Positions 18,293-28,817 of a stretch of DNA of 64,000 nt are shown here, piece by piece. The notes under the pieces were generated by a model that had not been told where the DNA came from, made no database searches, and worked only from the letters and a program-made list of their open reading frames with translations. The first letter of the stretch is position 1, and each line of letters begins with the position of its first letter. A program made the position numbers and the translations under genes. The stretch comes from a virus: positions 49,975 to 113,974 of IMG/VR virus record IMGVR_UViG_3300010354_000001; one strand, 5' to 3'.

Positions 18293-19135
18293 TTAAGAAA
18301 CCTTTATATTAAGTTTTTTTAATTTATAATCTTGATTCTGCCATGGGTATCCTCTAGGATTACAGACACAAGTTAAATTTTTACCTGCTATAGGCTTGTA
18401 AGTTTTTGCACTGTGTGTATGTCCGTAAACCCAGTACTGTGCAGTAGTGCCTTTAAGTAACTCTTCTCCATCAAAATTATAGAAAGATGTAGTTACCTCA
18501 TCCCTAAACTCTTTATCTTGGTGTTTTCTTTTATTACTAGGATTTATATGACTTACCATAATATCTGCTAGCTTATGCACTTGCTCTAGCTTCCTATATT
18601 CTTGTTCTGTTAGCTGATCGAATACTTTCAAGCTGGTGTATGTAGGTTCGTTCATGGTTCGCATCCAGATATCCTGTATACTCTCGTAGGTAATTAGCTG
18701 CTCAGATATATAAGATCCGTCATACCATCCCATGGCTCCTGCGATTACAGCATCGTCTATCAGCACATAACTGCCGTCAAGTAGATAAACTCCGTCTATC
18801 CCTTTTATGCTTTTAGCTAAATCTTTTACCCTATCCCAAGAACTCACATGGGTAGGTGAGTATATAGTCCATAGATCATGATTCCCTGTAACTACACATA
18901 TAGTCTCATAAATTTCTTCTCTGAGCCATTTTAAACAGTTTATAATTTGATAGTTGTGATGTCCTAAATCTCCTGCAACAATTAAATTTTTAGATTTAGG
19001 TTGCCAAGATCTAAATAGCTCCAGAAAAGTTTCTTTATTGTCAATATCTACTCTGTCTAGATTATATCTAGGAAAATTATGATCGAAAAAATCTAAATGT
19101 ATGTCTGAGCATAAATCGAAACTGACTGTCTTCAT
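18293..19135 (-). CDS. Calcineurin-like metallophosphoesterase
   Basis: SDIH, AGD, GNHD, SH, GHTH, NPRGY. Confidence 0.9.
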   Translation of the reverse strand: MKTVSFDLCSDIHLDFFDHNFPRYNLDRVDIDNKETFLELFRSWQPKSKNLIVAGDLGHHNYQIINCLKWLREEIYETICVVTGNHDLWTIYSPTHVSSWDRVKDLAKSIKGIDGVYLLDGSYVLIDDAVIAGAMGWYDGSYISEQLITYESIQDIWMRTMNEPTYTSLKVFDQLTEQEYRKLEQVHKLADIMVSHINPSNKRKHQDKEFRDEVTTSFYNFDGEELLKGTTAQYWVYGHTHSAKTYKPIAGKNLTCVCNPRGYPWQNQDYKLKKLNIKVS

Positions 19136-19164
19136 GTCGTTAATTATAGCATAAAAAGTACAAT

Positions 19165-19650
19165 TTGAGTATGAGATTATCGCCTAAAGGAATTAAATTA
19201 CTGCATGATAGGGAAGGTTGCGTTTTGACAGCTTATAAAGATACTGTAGGTGTCTGGACTATTGGGTACGGTATGACTTTCTATCCTAACAAAACTAGAG
19301 TTAAGCAAGGGGATAAATTAACACAGAAACAAGCAGATGATATGTTTGCCTATGTTCTAGAAAATGATTTTGAGAAACCTATAGAAAAGCTTCTAGTGGG
19401 TGTTACTTTAAACCAAGATCAGTATGATGCTTTGGTTAGTTTTGCGTTTAATGTAGGAGTTTCTGCACTATCTACATCTACATTGTTGAGAAATCTAAAA
19501 GCTGGGAAAATAAAAGATGCTAATAAGCAGTTTGCTAGATGGGTGTTTCCTGTTGAGATAACTTCTCGTAGAAAAGCAGAATCTAGGCAGTTTGCTGGAA
19601 TTGAATTTTCCGACAAGGCTGACCTAGACCCTTTGGTTGGTTGGTTATAA
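19165..19650 (+). CDS. GH24 lysozyme/endolysin (likely start ATG 19171)
   Basis: E-X8-D-X5-T triad (REGCVLTAYKDTVGVWTIGYG), QYDALVSFAFNVG. Confidence 0.9.
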   Translation: MSMRLSPKGIKLLHDREGCVLTAYKDTVGVWTIGYGMTFYPNKTRVKQGDKLTQKQADDMFAYVLENDFEKPIEKLLVGVTLNQDQYDALVSFAFNVGVSALSTSTLLRNLKAGKIKDANKQFARWVFPVEITSRRKAESRQFAGIEFSDKADLDPLVGWL

Positions 19651-19652
19651 AC

Positions 19653-20111
19653 TTACTCTTTAATCATTACGTTATAAAATAACGCTGAAGCTGTTGCCAG
19701 TGTGATTATTACGTATGGGAACCCTGGCATAGTCAGGGTTTCTCCGCCTGTACTCGCAGTGCTTATAGCAGATACCACTATAGATATTACGGCAGCTAAA
19801 GATAACAACACTAAAACTAGAGAGACTGGGTTTTCGTAAGCTCTATTAATCCACTCGATTCCAGCATCTTCCGCTAAAGAGTATTTATATTTTTCTAAGC
19901 TTTCAATAAACTCCTCGTCTTCCGTATTTTTAACTTCTTTAGCTAATCTAGATATCGTAGAAAGGCTCAAGCCTGTAGTTTCACTGATCTCTTTTCTAGA
20001 TACTCCTGCAAGTAACAGAACCCTAGCTGACTCTCTTGCTTCTGGAGTTATTACTGCTCTCTTCTTAGTTACTTTAGTAGCTTTGGCTACTGGTTTTTTC
20101 TTTTGTACCAT
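19653..20111 (-). CDS. HTH protein with two C-terminal TM helices
   Basis: GVSRKEISETTGLSLSTISRL HTH; two hydrophobic segments. Confidence 0.7.
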   Translation of the reverse strand: MVQKKKPVAKATKVTKKRAVITPEARESARVLLLAGVSRKEISETTGLSLSTISRLAKEVKNTEDEEFIESLEKYKYSLAEDAGIEWINRAYENPVSLVLVLLSLAAVISIVVSAISTASTGGETLTMPGFPYVIITLATASALFYNVMIKE

Positions 20112-20410
20112 TTTTCTTCTCCTTGTATCGTTATTTTGGTATATTTTCTTATGAGTTCTTTCAGATCTGCTCTAAATTCACTTATTAATATCTTAGCATC
20201 TTTTCCAGTTATTTTGCTTATTTTTACTAAATGATCTTTACAGCAACAAACTAGTATAGAGTACCCATACTCTACAGCCTTTGCACTCAGCCCATACTCA
20301 TACCTAAAGTCAAATACTTGGATTAGGGATTTAAACATGCGATCTAAAGAATATAGAACTAACTCTATATTTTCTGCTTGCATTTTCCACTTAATTCTAG
20401 GTCTTGCCAC
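20087..20410 (-). CDS. Hypothetical protein
   Basis: 107-aa ORF. Confidence 0.6.
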   Translation of the reverse strand: MARPRIKWKMQAENIELVLYSLDRMFKSLIQVFDFRYEYGLSAKAVEYGYSILVCCCKDHLVKISKITGKDAKILISEFRADLKELIRKYTKITIQGEEKWYKRKNQ

Positions 20411-20560
20411 TGCTCTTTAAACTCTCAAGTATAGAATAAAACTCATCCATAGCTTCTTTATTACCGCTAGGTATAGCTAGCCCACAAAGTAATAATAACA
20501 TTCTTAATATAGCTCTTTGGGTTTCTGCTAAACTATCTAACTTCTCTTCTAGATCTCTGT

Positions 20561-21154
20561 TCACGATTTCAACCCTACAACAAATTGAACTGCTGTGTTT
20601 AATGTTTCTAAATCTCCGCTATTATGAATAGTATAGCTGATTAAACTTCTTCTCTGTACCCACTCAATCTCAGAAATATGCACTCCTTCTGGCTTAGTCC
20701 CCCAAACAATTAGATCATTAAGCCATTGAGGATCGTTTCTGGATACTCGCACTAAAGTCACCCCTGCTTTATAGAGAGCTTCCATCTCATTCACAAACCT
20801 TACATCTGTAATAACTACATTCTCTTCATCTTTAATCCTAGCAAGTAAAGATTCTACCCAAATATCTTCATGGTAATGCTGTCTTACTACCTCTGTACCA
20901 AATACCTGAAGCTCATTCCTTGGGATTATATCTATCCCTAGCCTTTCTGACCAGTAGGAGTCTTTTGTTTCCCTAAATACTCTAGACTCTTCTGTGTCTC
21001 CTTCTAGTAGAGCTCTATCCCAGCCATATATGGCAGATAAAGTATCTTTTAAAGGTTCTGCAAATGAGTGCTTTTTATACCCTAAAGACTTCTCTAATAT
21101 GTCTCCTACAGTATTTTTACCACTGCCTATTAATCCTATTAATCCTATTTTCAT
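20561..21154 (-). CDS. Deoxynucleoside monophosphate kinase
   Basis: GLIGSGKNT, SFAEPLK, LQVFGTEV.R, ITDVRF.NE, HISE. Confidence 0.9.
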   Translation of the reverse strand: MKIGLIGLIGSGKNTVGDILEKSLGYKKHSFAEPLKDTLSAIYGWDRALLEGDTEESRVFRETKDSYWSERLGIDIIPRNELQVFGTEVVRQHYHEDIWVESLLARIKDEENVVITDVRFVNEMEALYKAGVTLVRVSRNDPQWLNDLIVWGTKPEGVHISEIEWVQRRSLISYTIHNSGDLETLNTAVQFVVGLKS

Positions 21155-21163
21155 AATCCCTCC

Positions 21164-21352
21164 TCAATCGTGTGATGTAGTTACTACTGATAAAACTGCT
21201 GATAAAATACCTATTAAAGGAACTGTGTAGTTATCCTCTGGAGGTCTGTGCATTATGGATAGAAACATAAATGTTCCAGTGCAACCTAGCAGGAACGATT
21301 GCATAGCTTGTAATATTATTTTTTCTTGTCTTTTATGATTCTTGTTAGTCAT
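21164..21352 (-). CDS. Small 2-TM membrane protein
   Basis: Two hydrophobic stretches. Confidence 0.6.
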   Translation of the reverse strand: MTNKNHKRQEKIILQAMQSFLLGCTGTFMFLSIMHRPPEDNYTVPLIGILSAVLSVVTTSHD

Positions 21353-21737
21353 TATCTGAAAGTCCTATAGCTTTTTTAGCTTTCTCAATCCTAGCATTTA
21401 AATCTAAACCTTCAAACGCATCTATTTCTTTTTTCAATTTTCTTGCAGATTCTTTAGTGAGCTCAAACTTGAAATAGTGGCTCTTTGGATCTAAAGGTAT
21501 AGGAGTGGTGTATATCTCTAAAGTTATTTTCTTACGCTCCATGTTAGCAGATTCGTGATTTAATATATCGGTAGTCTCTAAAAAAAACGTCTTTCTGCTA
21601 GAGTGAAAATCCACACTTACGATTTTGCCGCTAGAAGAACATTCTAGGGTATGTAGACCCCATCCACGATACTGCCTCAAAAAATTAAAGTTAACCTTCT
21701 TGGTTTCTCTCTTCTTAAATAATTTAAACATTTTCAT
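21345..21737 (-). CDS. Hypothetical protein
   Basis: 130-aa ORF in operon. Confidence 0.65.
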   Translation of the reverse strand: MKMFKLFKKRETKKVNFNFLRQYRGWGLHTLECSSSGKIVSVDFHSSRKTFFLETTDILNHESANMERKKITLEIYTTPIPLDPKSHYFKFELTKESARKLKKEIDAFEGLDLNARIEKAKKAIGLSDND

Positions 21738-22008
21738 TTTCCTTTTTAGCTTCTATTTCTTTTTCTTTCTCTTTTTCATTCTGTGCATTTAGTTCTAAGT
21801 AGGTGATATCGTCCTTTAAAACGCCTATAGAATAGTTTATGGCTTGTTCTAACCTACATATAGAATCCATATCTGGGATAGCCTTAAGCATACTATCTAT
21901 GCTACCTGAAGAGTTTTTCAGAGTCTTTACTAATCTAGTTTTTACTTCTGCTTTCATTAATAAGAGCCTATCTATTGCTTTATCATGTTCCGCGTATAAA
22001 TCTTCCAT
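21724..22008 (-). CDS. Hypothetical protein
   Basis: 94-aa ORF, AGGAG RBS. Confidence 0.7.
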   Translation of the reverse strand: MEDLYAEHDKAIDRLLLMKAEVKTRLVKTLKNSSGSIDSMLKAIPDMDSICRLEQAINYSIGVLKDDITYLELNAQNEKEKEKEIEAKKENENV

Positions 22009-22051
22009 ATTTTCCTCCTAAATAAAAAGTCTAAATGTCCTGTCACTGCTG

Positions 22052-23665
22052 TCACCCTGTCACCCTCCATGTACCATCGACTAGGGTGATTAACTGTAAC
22101 GGGCCTACTGATTTCTTTTCTCCTTTGTACTGAACTGCTAATGTTTGAGTCCAGCTACTTGGGCCTTTATTATACCCCATTCTGAGCTTACTCATAGTAC
22201 CAACCATTGCAGTATTTCTAAGCCTTCCCATACTGTGGGTATGTCCTATTATAGCAGCTCCGTGACACTCTTCAAAATTTCTTAAATTTCCCCTAGATCC
22301 ATTAGACCCCATATCCCCGTGACTTGCAAACTGCCTGCCACTTAAAATAAAGTCCTCATCTCTACTTAAAAATCTTACGTTACTAACTTTCTTACTCTGT
22401 AAAATGCTATTACAGTATTTTTCTAATGGGTTGTATCCGTCTAGCATATCTAGACTTAACTCAAGTCCTGCCCTATAGTTTAAAGGGTCGTAAATAAAAG
22501 CACCAGATTTAAGATACCTATCAAGCCACTCATCGTGGTTAGACCGTACTACTAAAACATTCTTAGCTAGCTTAGAAATTCCTACTAACTCTGAAGCTAC
22601 TGAGCCTATATCGTCATAAATCTTACTCTTCTCAGGTTCTTTGGTATATTTATTTGCTTTGTGTATTAAGTCCTTAGATTCGTGATGATTAACTGCTGCC
22701 CCATCATATAAATCATGCAAGAATAAATAATCAGGCTTTAACAGCTCACACACTTCCTTACCCATAGCAAAAGCTTTCGGACAGGTATTACCAATGTGCA
22801 TGTCCCCAAATACCACTGCTTCTGCATTAACTTGCATTTTAGTCTTTTCTGGAGTATACTTAGTACCCAAATCTATGAAACTGCCATCCTTATAAGCTTC
22901 TATGTGTCTAAAATGAAACTTATCTACAGTCTCGGTTTCTACCACTATAGCTGCCATGACATGATCTGTCTCTGCTAAGTATCCAGTACGCTCTGACATA
23001 TACATTTCGGTGTTATAATCTGGTTTGGTTATGGCTCCAGAAGTCATACATACTTTAGGATATTTGTTGTTGCCCCCTGGAATAGAGTCTAGAATTAACT
23101 TAGTTCCTGCTGAAATAAAAGATTTACTTTTCCCTGCGATTCTCTTAAGTCCTGTGAGTGGATTAATTTGTTTAGCAGAAGTTTTAATGTTACATAGGAA
23201 TAAATTATTATTTAAGTAAGTTTCAGTTGGTACTATGTATTCCTGTAGTCTTTTATCTATGTGCCCTAAGCTAGACCAGTCAGAGTTTCTTTTAGCTGGA
23301 TCTGCACAAGTTAGTATTATCAACCTAGCTTTATTTACTTCACAATAGTATTTAATAGCTTCTAAGAAACCTTCATGCACCATGCAGCCCATTACTGCGG
23401 TTGTTACTACATAGCGGTTGTACTGTTTTATTTCCTTGTTTATCTTTGCAGTATTTGTAGTTCTTAAGGCATCTTCTATAGCTACGTCATGGAAATACTC
23501 TGGGTTGAGCTTTCTTACCTGTGCGTGCAAGTCATGTAGGTTTACAAACTTCTCCCTAAGCATTGCCCTAGTGACTCCTAATTCTTTTAGGGTTTCTAGT
23601 GTTGGTGCTTTATGATTTTTCTTGTAAAACTTTAAATAAACTGAAATTATTTCATTCTTCGTCAT
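22052..23665 (-). CDS. Metallophosphoesterase-fold protein, T5 A1-like
   Basis: GDMH, HDLYDG...NHH, SNHDEW, HGD.G.NG.RG, GHTH, YNKGPSSW. Confidence 0.7.
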   Translation of the reverse strand: MTKNEIISVYLKFYKKNHKAPTLETLKELGVTRAMLREKFVNLHDLHAQVRKLNPEYFHDVAIEDALRTTNTAKINKEIKQYNRYVVTTAVMGCMVHEGFLEAIKYYCEVNKARLIILTCADPAKRNSDWSSLGHIDKRLQEYIVPTETYLNNNLFLCNIKTSAKQINPLTGLKRIAGKSKSFISAGTKLILDSIPGGNNKYPKVCMTSGAITKPDYNTEMYMSERTGYLAETDHVMAAIVVETETVDKFHFRHIEAYKDGSFIDLGTKYTPEKTKMQVNAEAVVFGDMHIGNTCPKAFAMGKEVCELLKPDYLFLHDLYDGAAVNHHESKDLIHKANKYTKEPEKSKIYDDIGSVASELVGISKLAKNVLVVRSNHDEWLDRYLKSGAFIYDPLNYRAGLELSLDMLDGYNPLEKYCNSILQSKKVSNVRFLSRDEDFILSGRQFASHGDMGSNGSRGNLRNFEECHGAAIIGHTHSMGRLRNTAMVGTMSKLRMGYNKGPSSWTQTLAVQYKGEKKSVGPLQLITLVDGTWRVTG

Positions 23666-24329
23666 GCACTAATTCTAGCATAACATCAACAAAAAGTTTG
23701 ATATGTTCCTTGGTAAGTTCAGCTAATTCTTTATTAGTTAAAAGCTTCATCAAGCATACTATCTCGGTTCCTATATCAGTAGATACTATGTCGTTTTGAC
23801 TTTGAGTAAACTCTCTAAACTCTTTTTCGATAAACTTTTCGTTATTACTTTTGTTAGGGTTAGCCTCTGCAAATAGTACTCGGTTGCATGTCGCCCCTTG
23901 ATTAACATAGTTTACTGATCCTGCTGAGTCTTTGTACTTGTAATACTGATACCCCTCAAATATTACCTGCGGAGGTAATAACTCCCATATTATCGGATCT
24001 ATAGAAATATATTTCCCTTGAAAGGCAGGAGGTTCCCCAGCTACCAATACATTTTGGTCGTGCACTTCGTCATAGCTGAGACCTTTTGCGTAATGCTCTA
24101 TGTCTAACTCTTCTACTATATACTGCTCATCGGTCTCGATGTTAGGAGTAGCGTACGCCATAGCTTTTAGTGGCTCTTTGCTGATACTTTCATGTACTAT
24201 CAAATCCCCGATTATCTTGCAGTGGAACGGGTATAGCGATGAGTTGATATCTACTACTTTATAGAATAATTCATCACCTAAGTGCTTCCTAATTTCTTCG
24301 TTTGCTGCGTAGCTGATATCGGTATACAT
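23652..24329 (-). CDS. Hypothetical protein
   Basis: 225-aa ORF, leaderless-type start. Confidence 0.75.
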   Translation of the reverse strand: MYTDISYAANEEIRKHLGDELFYKVVDINSSLYPFHCKIIGDLIVHESISKEPLKAMAYATPNIETDEQYIVEELDIEHYAKGLSYDEVHDQNVLVAGEPPAFQGKYISIDPIIWELLPPQVIFEGYQYYKYKDSAGSVNYVNQGATCNRVLFAEANPNKSNNEKFIEKEFREFTQSQNDIVSTDIGTEIVCLMKLLTNKELAELTKEHIKLFVDVMLELVHDEE

Positions 24330-24346
24330 CTGCCTTAATTATACCA

Positions 24347-26296
24347 TTAAGTTGGGGAATTTCCGTAACGATCTCTTCGTTTTAAGTCTCTTCTGCTAGA
24401 TTCTTTTCTTTGTGGTCTACCGTTCTCGTACACCCTTGCCTGAGTCTTAATACCCCTAGTTGTAGTGAGTAAAAATAGGGAACTAACCATAGAATCTGAT
24501 ATGTCATTATGATGTCCTGGGGCGTGGTCAATTCTACCAGTCTTTTCATCTTTCTGTAAGAATATTAACTCTTCAAACAAATCCTCATTGTCTGGCATTA
24601 TTACCCTTCCTGCATATACTTCGCTCTTAAACATTTCATAAGCTCCTGGCTCGAGTCTTGTACTAAATTCTTTTGTCTTGAATCCTAACCTATTAATTCT
24701 CTGTCTTGCTGCTTTACTCTGCCACTTATCGAAACTAAATAAGACTATGTTAAGTCCATAATATTGTTTGAGCTTTACTATAAAATTAACTACTTCATCT
24801 ATATTTACCTCTATACCTTTGCTAGCTTTAATAGATATGGCAAACTCTACGATAAAGACAGGTCTTTCTTGAGATACTTTTTTACCTTCTTCGTCAAGTA
24901 CTACCTCTATAGATTTACCTAAGATCCTAGACATAGATATACCGCAAGCATCACCGCTGGTAGCTAAGTCAGTAGAAATTACTCTAGCTGCATTTTTATC
25001 CGTAGGTAAATTCTCTTCTATTACTACAGGCATACCTTCTGTGCCTGTATTGTAGTTATAATGATTAAGGAAGTACTTAAAGCCCATATCTGAGTATTTA
25101 AACATAGCCTCCTTAATAGCTTCTGGCTTACGAATAAATACGTCTACTGCTGTACTAGATACTCCTAATATATCTCTCTGGGCTTTAGGAAAATCACGTT
25201 CAAAATCTACAAGCCATGTGGTAGGCACATGCTCTATTCTTGCATTAGCTGGGTACTGTTTAGTTGCTACCTCTTCTGGACTTAGTATCTTACCTGCGTA
25301 ATCCTTGGTCGATACGAGAATAGGAAAGGTTTCTTTAGAATACTTCCACTCTGGCATAACATCCCATGCCCTTTGGTCAAATACTAATTGATTCGGACTT
25401 TTACCTAGCTTTTTTATTTGAGCTTTAACTTTACTTGTGTAATCATTCTCATGGTTTGCCGAAGAGACTACATATACACCTCCAAGTGCTATGTTTTTCT
25501 TTTCTTGTGTAGCGAACCTACTTTTATATCGGTTGAATGCCTCGTGTATAATCTTCTCTGCTTGGTCATAAGTGGCATTATCACCTCCCTCCACAGCTTG
25601 CTTAGATTTCTCTACGATAAGCATGGTGTTAGCCTCCTCTACGGAACAGGCTATCAAGTCATGCCCTAGAAGATTATTTGCATCTGGCCTAAATACTGTA
25701 AAAGTTACATTGAGATCTGTGAGTTTTAGGTCTGCCTCCAAATCCTTATCGTAGTTAACTTTATGTCTCTGGGTATATTTCATACCCAGAAACATACTTC
25801 TCACTGGATTATATACGTTCTCTCTTGCGGTTTTCACCTTGGCGGCAGTACATCCTAGCACTATAGGTTTATCTTTCAATAACCCAAATACTAGATGTGG
25901 GTTAGGAAAACAAGTCAAACAGTATAGCGTGTAACATAAAGCTATATTAGTTCTTAAAGTCTTACCTATACCGATAGCCCCAGTCAGTATTACTTCTGTA
26001 GGTTGAATTTCCCCAGTCCAAATATCGGGACACATTACCTTTAGATCTGCTACTATTTGCGGCCAGTAGGTGTTAGTTCCCAAGTATTCGGGATCTGTCA
26101 GAAACTGTTCGATAGTTACTGGTAACCTAGTCATTAACCTTATAGCTTTTATAAAGTTAGGGTTATTCCTATATATAAGTTCATCTACAGCATTTTCTAA
26201 AACACGCCTAAGTCTAACAGGATCTTCACTAATCCCAGCATCTATAGCTTCTTCTAAACTAGCTAAAGTTTCTGCTCTTATCTGTTCTAACTGCAA
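24347..26296 (-). CDS. terL: Terminase large subunit
   Basis: LTGAIGIGKT Walker A, SVEE Walker B, STDLA..GD nuclease, FDKWQS, IDHAPGHHNDISDS. Confidence 0.85.
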   Translation of the reverse strand: MQLEQIRAETLASLEEAIDAGISEDPVRLRRVLENAVDELIYRNNPNFIKAIRLMTRLPVTIEQFLTDPEYLGTNTYWPQIVADLKVMCPDIWTGEIQPTEVILTGAIGIGKTLRTNIALCYTLYCLTCFPNPHLVFGLLKDKPIVLGCTAAKVKTARENVYNPVRSMFLGMKYTQRHKVNYDKDLEADLKLTDLNVTFTVFRPDANNLLGHDLIACSVEEANTMLIVEKSKQAVEGGDNATYDQAEKIIHEAFNRYKSRFATQEKKNIALGGVYVVSSANHENDYTSKVKAQIKKLGKSPNQLVFDQRAWDVMPEWKYSKETFPILVSTKDYAGKILSPEEVATKQYPANARIEHVPTTWLVDFERDFPKAQRDILGVSSTAVDVFIRKPEAIKEAMFKYSDMGFKYFLNHYNYNTGTEGMPVVIEENLPTDKNAARVISTDLATSGDACGISMSRILGKSIEVVLDEEGKKVSQERPVFIVEFAISIKASKGIEVNIDEVVNFIVKLKQYYGLNIVLFSFDKWQSKAARQRINRLGFKTKEFSTRLEPGAYEMFKSEVYAGRVIMPDNEDLFEELIFLQKDEKTGRIDHAPGHHNDISDSMVSSLFLLTTTRGIKTQARVYENGRPQRKESSRRDLKRRDRYGNSPT

Positions 26297-27115
26297 TTAA
26301 TTCACCTGCATTGTGTCTAGCACTTCTGCTAATTCTATAAGTCCTTCTTGAACTCTACGCTCAAATTCTTTTCTGGTTATCTTTAATTCTGCGGCCATTT
26401 TAGTGTCGGATAAGCCCTCAGCGTAGTATCCAAACTTCCACTTTAGAGATTCTGCTAATTCTGCAGGCAACTCAGCTAGAGCCAAGTTAACTGATCTTCT
26501 TCTATCTAAATCTTCCTCCGCAATTTCCTCTACTGCTTCTAGTGTCTCCACTAACGTAGTGGTACTACTATCCTTAGTAGAAACAAATTCGTCTAGGGAG
26601 TCTATTGTAGTTAAGCCTTCTTTAACTAAATCTAACTTATCTTTATTTATCCCTAACCCTAACATTAGTTCTTGGTCTGTTGGGGTTCTTTCCAGTTGCT
26701 TACTTAAATTAGCATAAAGTTTTTTAAACTTATTCATGGTATCTACCATGTGGTTAGGTATTCTAATAGATCTTGCTTTATCTGTTAAAGCTCTAGATAT
26801 AACTTGCCTAATCCAAAAAGTAGAATATGTGCTAAACTTATTGTTCGTGGAAAGGTCAAACTTATCTAAAGACTTAATCAAACCTGTGGTTCCTTCTTGT
26901 ATTAAATCTAAAAATGAAACTCCCTTGTTTACATGCTTTTTTGCGATAGATACTACCAACCTAAGATTATGTTTTATTAACAAATCCTTATAGTGCATAT
27001 CGCCTGCTTGATACTTTCGCAAATAGTCATACTCAACCTCTTTGCTGAGCACCTTATACTTATTTAATTTTCCTAAAAATATTTTTATTTCTTCATCATT
27101 TACTTCATTCAACAA
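26297..27115 (-). CDS. RNA polymerase sigma-70 family factor (RpoD-like regions 1.2-4)
   Basis: [19 protein letters not shown]...KFD, KFSTY..WIRQ.I.RA, R.IRIP.H. Confidence 0.92.
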   Translation of the reverse strand: MLNEVNDEEIKIFLGKLNKYKVLSKEVEYDYLRKYQAGDMHYKDLLIKHNLRLVVSIAKKHVNKGVSFLDLIQEGTTGLIKSLDKFDLSTNNKFSTYSTFWIRQVISRALTDKARSIRIPNHMVDTMNKFKKLYANLSKQLERTPTDQELMLGLGINKDKLDLVKEGLTTIDSLDEFVSTKDSSTTTLVETLEAVEEIAEEDLDRRRSVNLALAELPAELAESLKWKFGYYAEGLSDTKMAAELKITRKEFERRVQEGLIELAEVLDTMQVN

Positions 27116-27118
27116 TAT

Positions 27119-27439
27119 CTACCCCTCGACTATGCTATCCACAGCCAATACCTCTCCTTTTTTAGTCAAACTCCAGACATCTGTAATCCCATCAACATAG
27201 AAAACTACTTTGTTAATTAATCCGCCCTCTATATACTCAGCCCAAAATTCTGATACGTTATCGTCAGAGTTAAGAAACTTTTCCTCTGCAAATACTTTGA
27301 CAGATTTAGATTCGCTTTTATAGACAGCTCTACATCCCATGATTTTTCCTGAGATGATATACTCATCCCCAAAAGATGTTTTAATCTGTCCGTCAATATC
27401 GTCTTTAGTTACAAAGTACAGCTCGTCTCTTAAGTCCAC
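27119..27439 (-). CDS. Hypothetical protein
   Basis: 106-aa ORF, GTG 7 nt after TGTTATAAT. Confidence 0.65.
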   Translation of the reverse strand: MDLRDELYFVTKDDIDGQIKTSFGDEYIISGKIMGCRAVYKSESKSVKVFAEEKFLNSDDNVSEFWAEYIEGGLINKVVFYVDGITDVWSLTKKGEVLAVDSIVEG

Positions 27440-27472
27440 TAAAATATTATAACACGAAATACGTATTTTTGG

Positions 27473-28093
27473 TTAAATTTTTTCGATTATTTTTATAGAA
27501 TCTATGTGCGAGTGCCCGCCTTTGTGGGCTATAGACACAACATTCTCGGCTCTTTTAGCTAGTAATTTATCAGCGTTAGCCATCTCTTTGGAAATAAAAT
27601 CATCAGTTCCGTAAATATTAAATATGTTTACGAAGCTTACGCACTTTCTTCTGAACCATAAATAAGACTTAATATATAGTCTTAATGTCTTAAGCCCTAT
27701 CCCTATGGGGCTGTTTAAGCAATAAAATGTATTCAGTTCCATACTCCTATCCTCAGTACCCAAGCAAAGAGTTATTAGAGTTCCTAAGCTATGTGCTACC
27801 ACATCTACTTTGTAGCCTTGTGTAGTTAAATTAAGAATCTCGTTAGTAATTTCTGCGTTAATCATCCCTGCCACATAACGATTATTTAAGTAGCCCCAAA
27901 TGTCTGCAGCATAATCTTTAATATGGGGAGGAAGCCATTTTAAATAAATAGGTAAATTTTCTTTTACTACTTCAAAATACTTTTCGGACTGTGCATAATA
28001 TACACATTCGTATTTAGCTGCAATGTTAGCTAAATCCTCTAACATATATCTAGGTTTGTCGTTTATGCCTTGAATAATAATTAGAGCTTTCAC
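27473..28093 (-). CDS. Alpha/beta-hydrolase-fold protein
   Basis: IQGI, VAHSLG nucleophile elbow, NSP, D and H triad candidates. Confidence 0.75.
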   Translation of the reverse strand: MKALIIIQGINDKPRYMLEDLANIAAKYECVYYAQSEKYFEVVKENLPIYLKWLPPHIKDYAADIWGYLNNRYVAGMINAEITNEILNLTTQGYKVDVVAHSLGTLITLCLGTEDRSMELNTFYCLNSPIGIGLKTLRLYIKSYLWFRRKCVSFVNIFNIYGTDDFISKEMANADKLLAKRAENVVSIAHKGGHSHIDSIKIIEKI

Positions 28094-28107
28094 ACTCCAA
28101 GTGTACT

Positions 28108-28815
28108 CTAGGATTCTATTTGAGGGGTGTCTGCCCTTTTAATCTCATGAACTCTGGATATTAATAAGTCTATAGAAGAGTCTAAAGCTGCTTTTTGTTT
28201 AGCTCCTGGATCGTCTATGTTATGAGCTTTATTTTTAACTGGATCTAAAAGTCTCAAATCGAAACTCCACTTCATTTTATCATTAACGGTCTGCAAAGCT
28301 AATTTTAAATAAGTAGCACCCTGCGATCCGCCCTTATTTGTGTAATAGTCTTCCATAGCTAACTTAGTTATCATGTCATATTGAGCAAAGGTGTTAGTTA
28401 GTGCAGCAAAAGCATCGTAGCCTTCTAGTTTATGGGAATTAATCTTTCTTATGGATTCTAACCAGCCATTTATTATTTTAGGCGTAACCCCGAAGGCTAG
28501 TGCCATTTCGTCATCTCTAAATCCTTTGAGGAAAAGATCATAAATATAAGGAAATATAAAAGTTTCTAACTCTTCTCTTGTTAGTTTCTTGTGGTAATTT
28601 GCTAAAAGTCTTAACTGTTTTACTCTTTCCTCGGAATACCCTAATGCTGAATCGCTTGGAGTGGCTTCCTTCATAAGTTCCCTTATGTTTGAGGCTAGAG
28701 AATTATCATCTGCTCTAGCTCTAGGGGCTTCTGCTATTGGATTTTCTTGATCTAGTATTGGTTTAACTTCTTCTGGGGTTTTTGGCCCTGAAAGGTCTAT
28801 TCGTTTTTCACGCAT
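28108..28815 (-). CDS. Hypothetical HTH-containing helical protein (possible terminase small subunit)
   Basis: GF.DDEMALAFGVTPKII..W HTH; 2 kb upstream of terL. Confidence 0.45.
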   Translation of the reverse strand: MREKRIDLSGPKTPEEVKPILDQENPIAEAPRARADDNSLASNIRELMKEATPSDSALGYSEERVKQLRLLANYHKKLTREELETFIFPYIYDLFLKGFRDDEMALAFGVTPKIINGWLESIRKINSHKLEGYDAFAALTNTFAQYDMITKLAMEDYYTNKGGSQGATYLKLALQTVNDKMKWSFDLRLLDPVKNKAHNIDDPGAKQKAALDSSIDLLISRVHEIKRADTPQIES

Positions 28816-28817
28816 CT

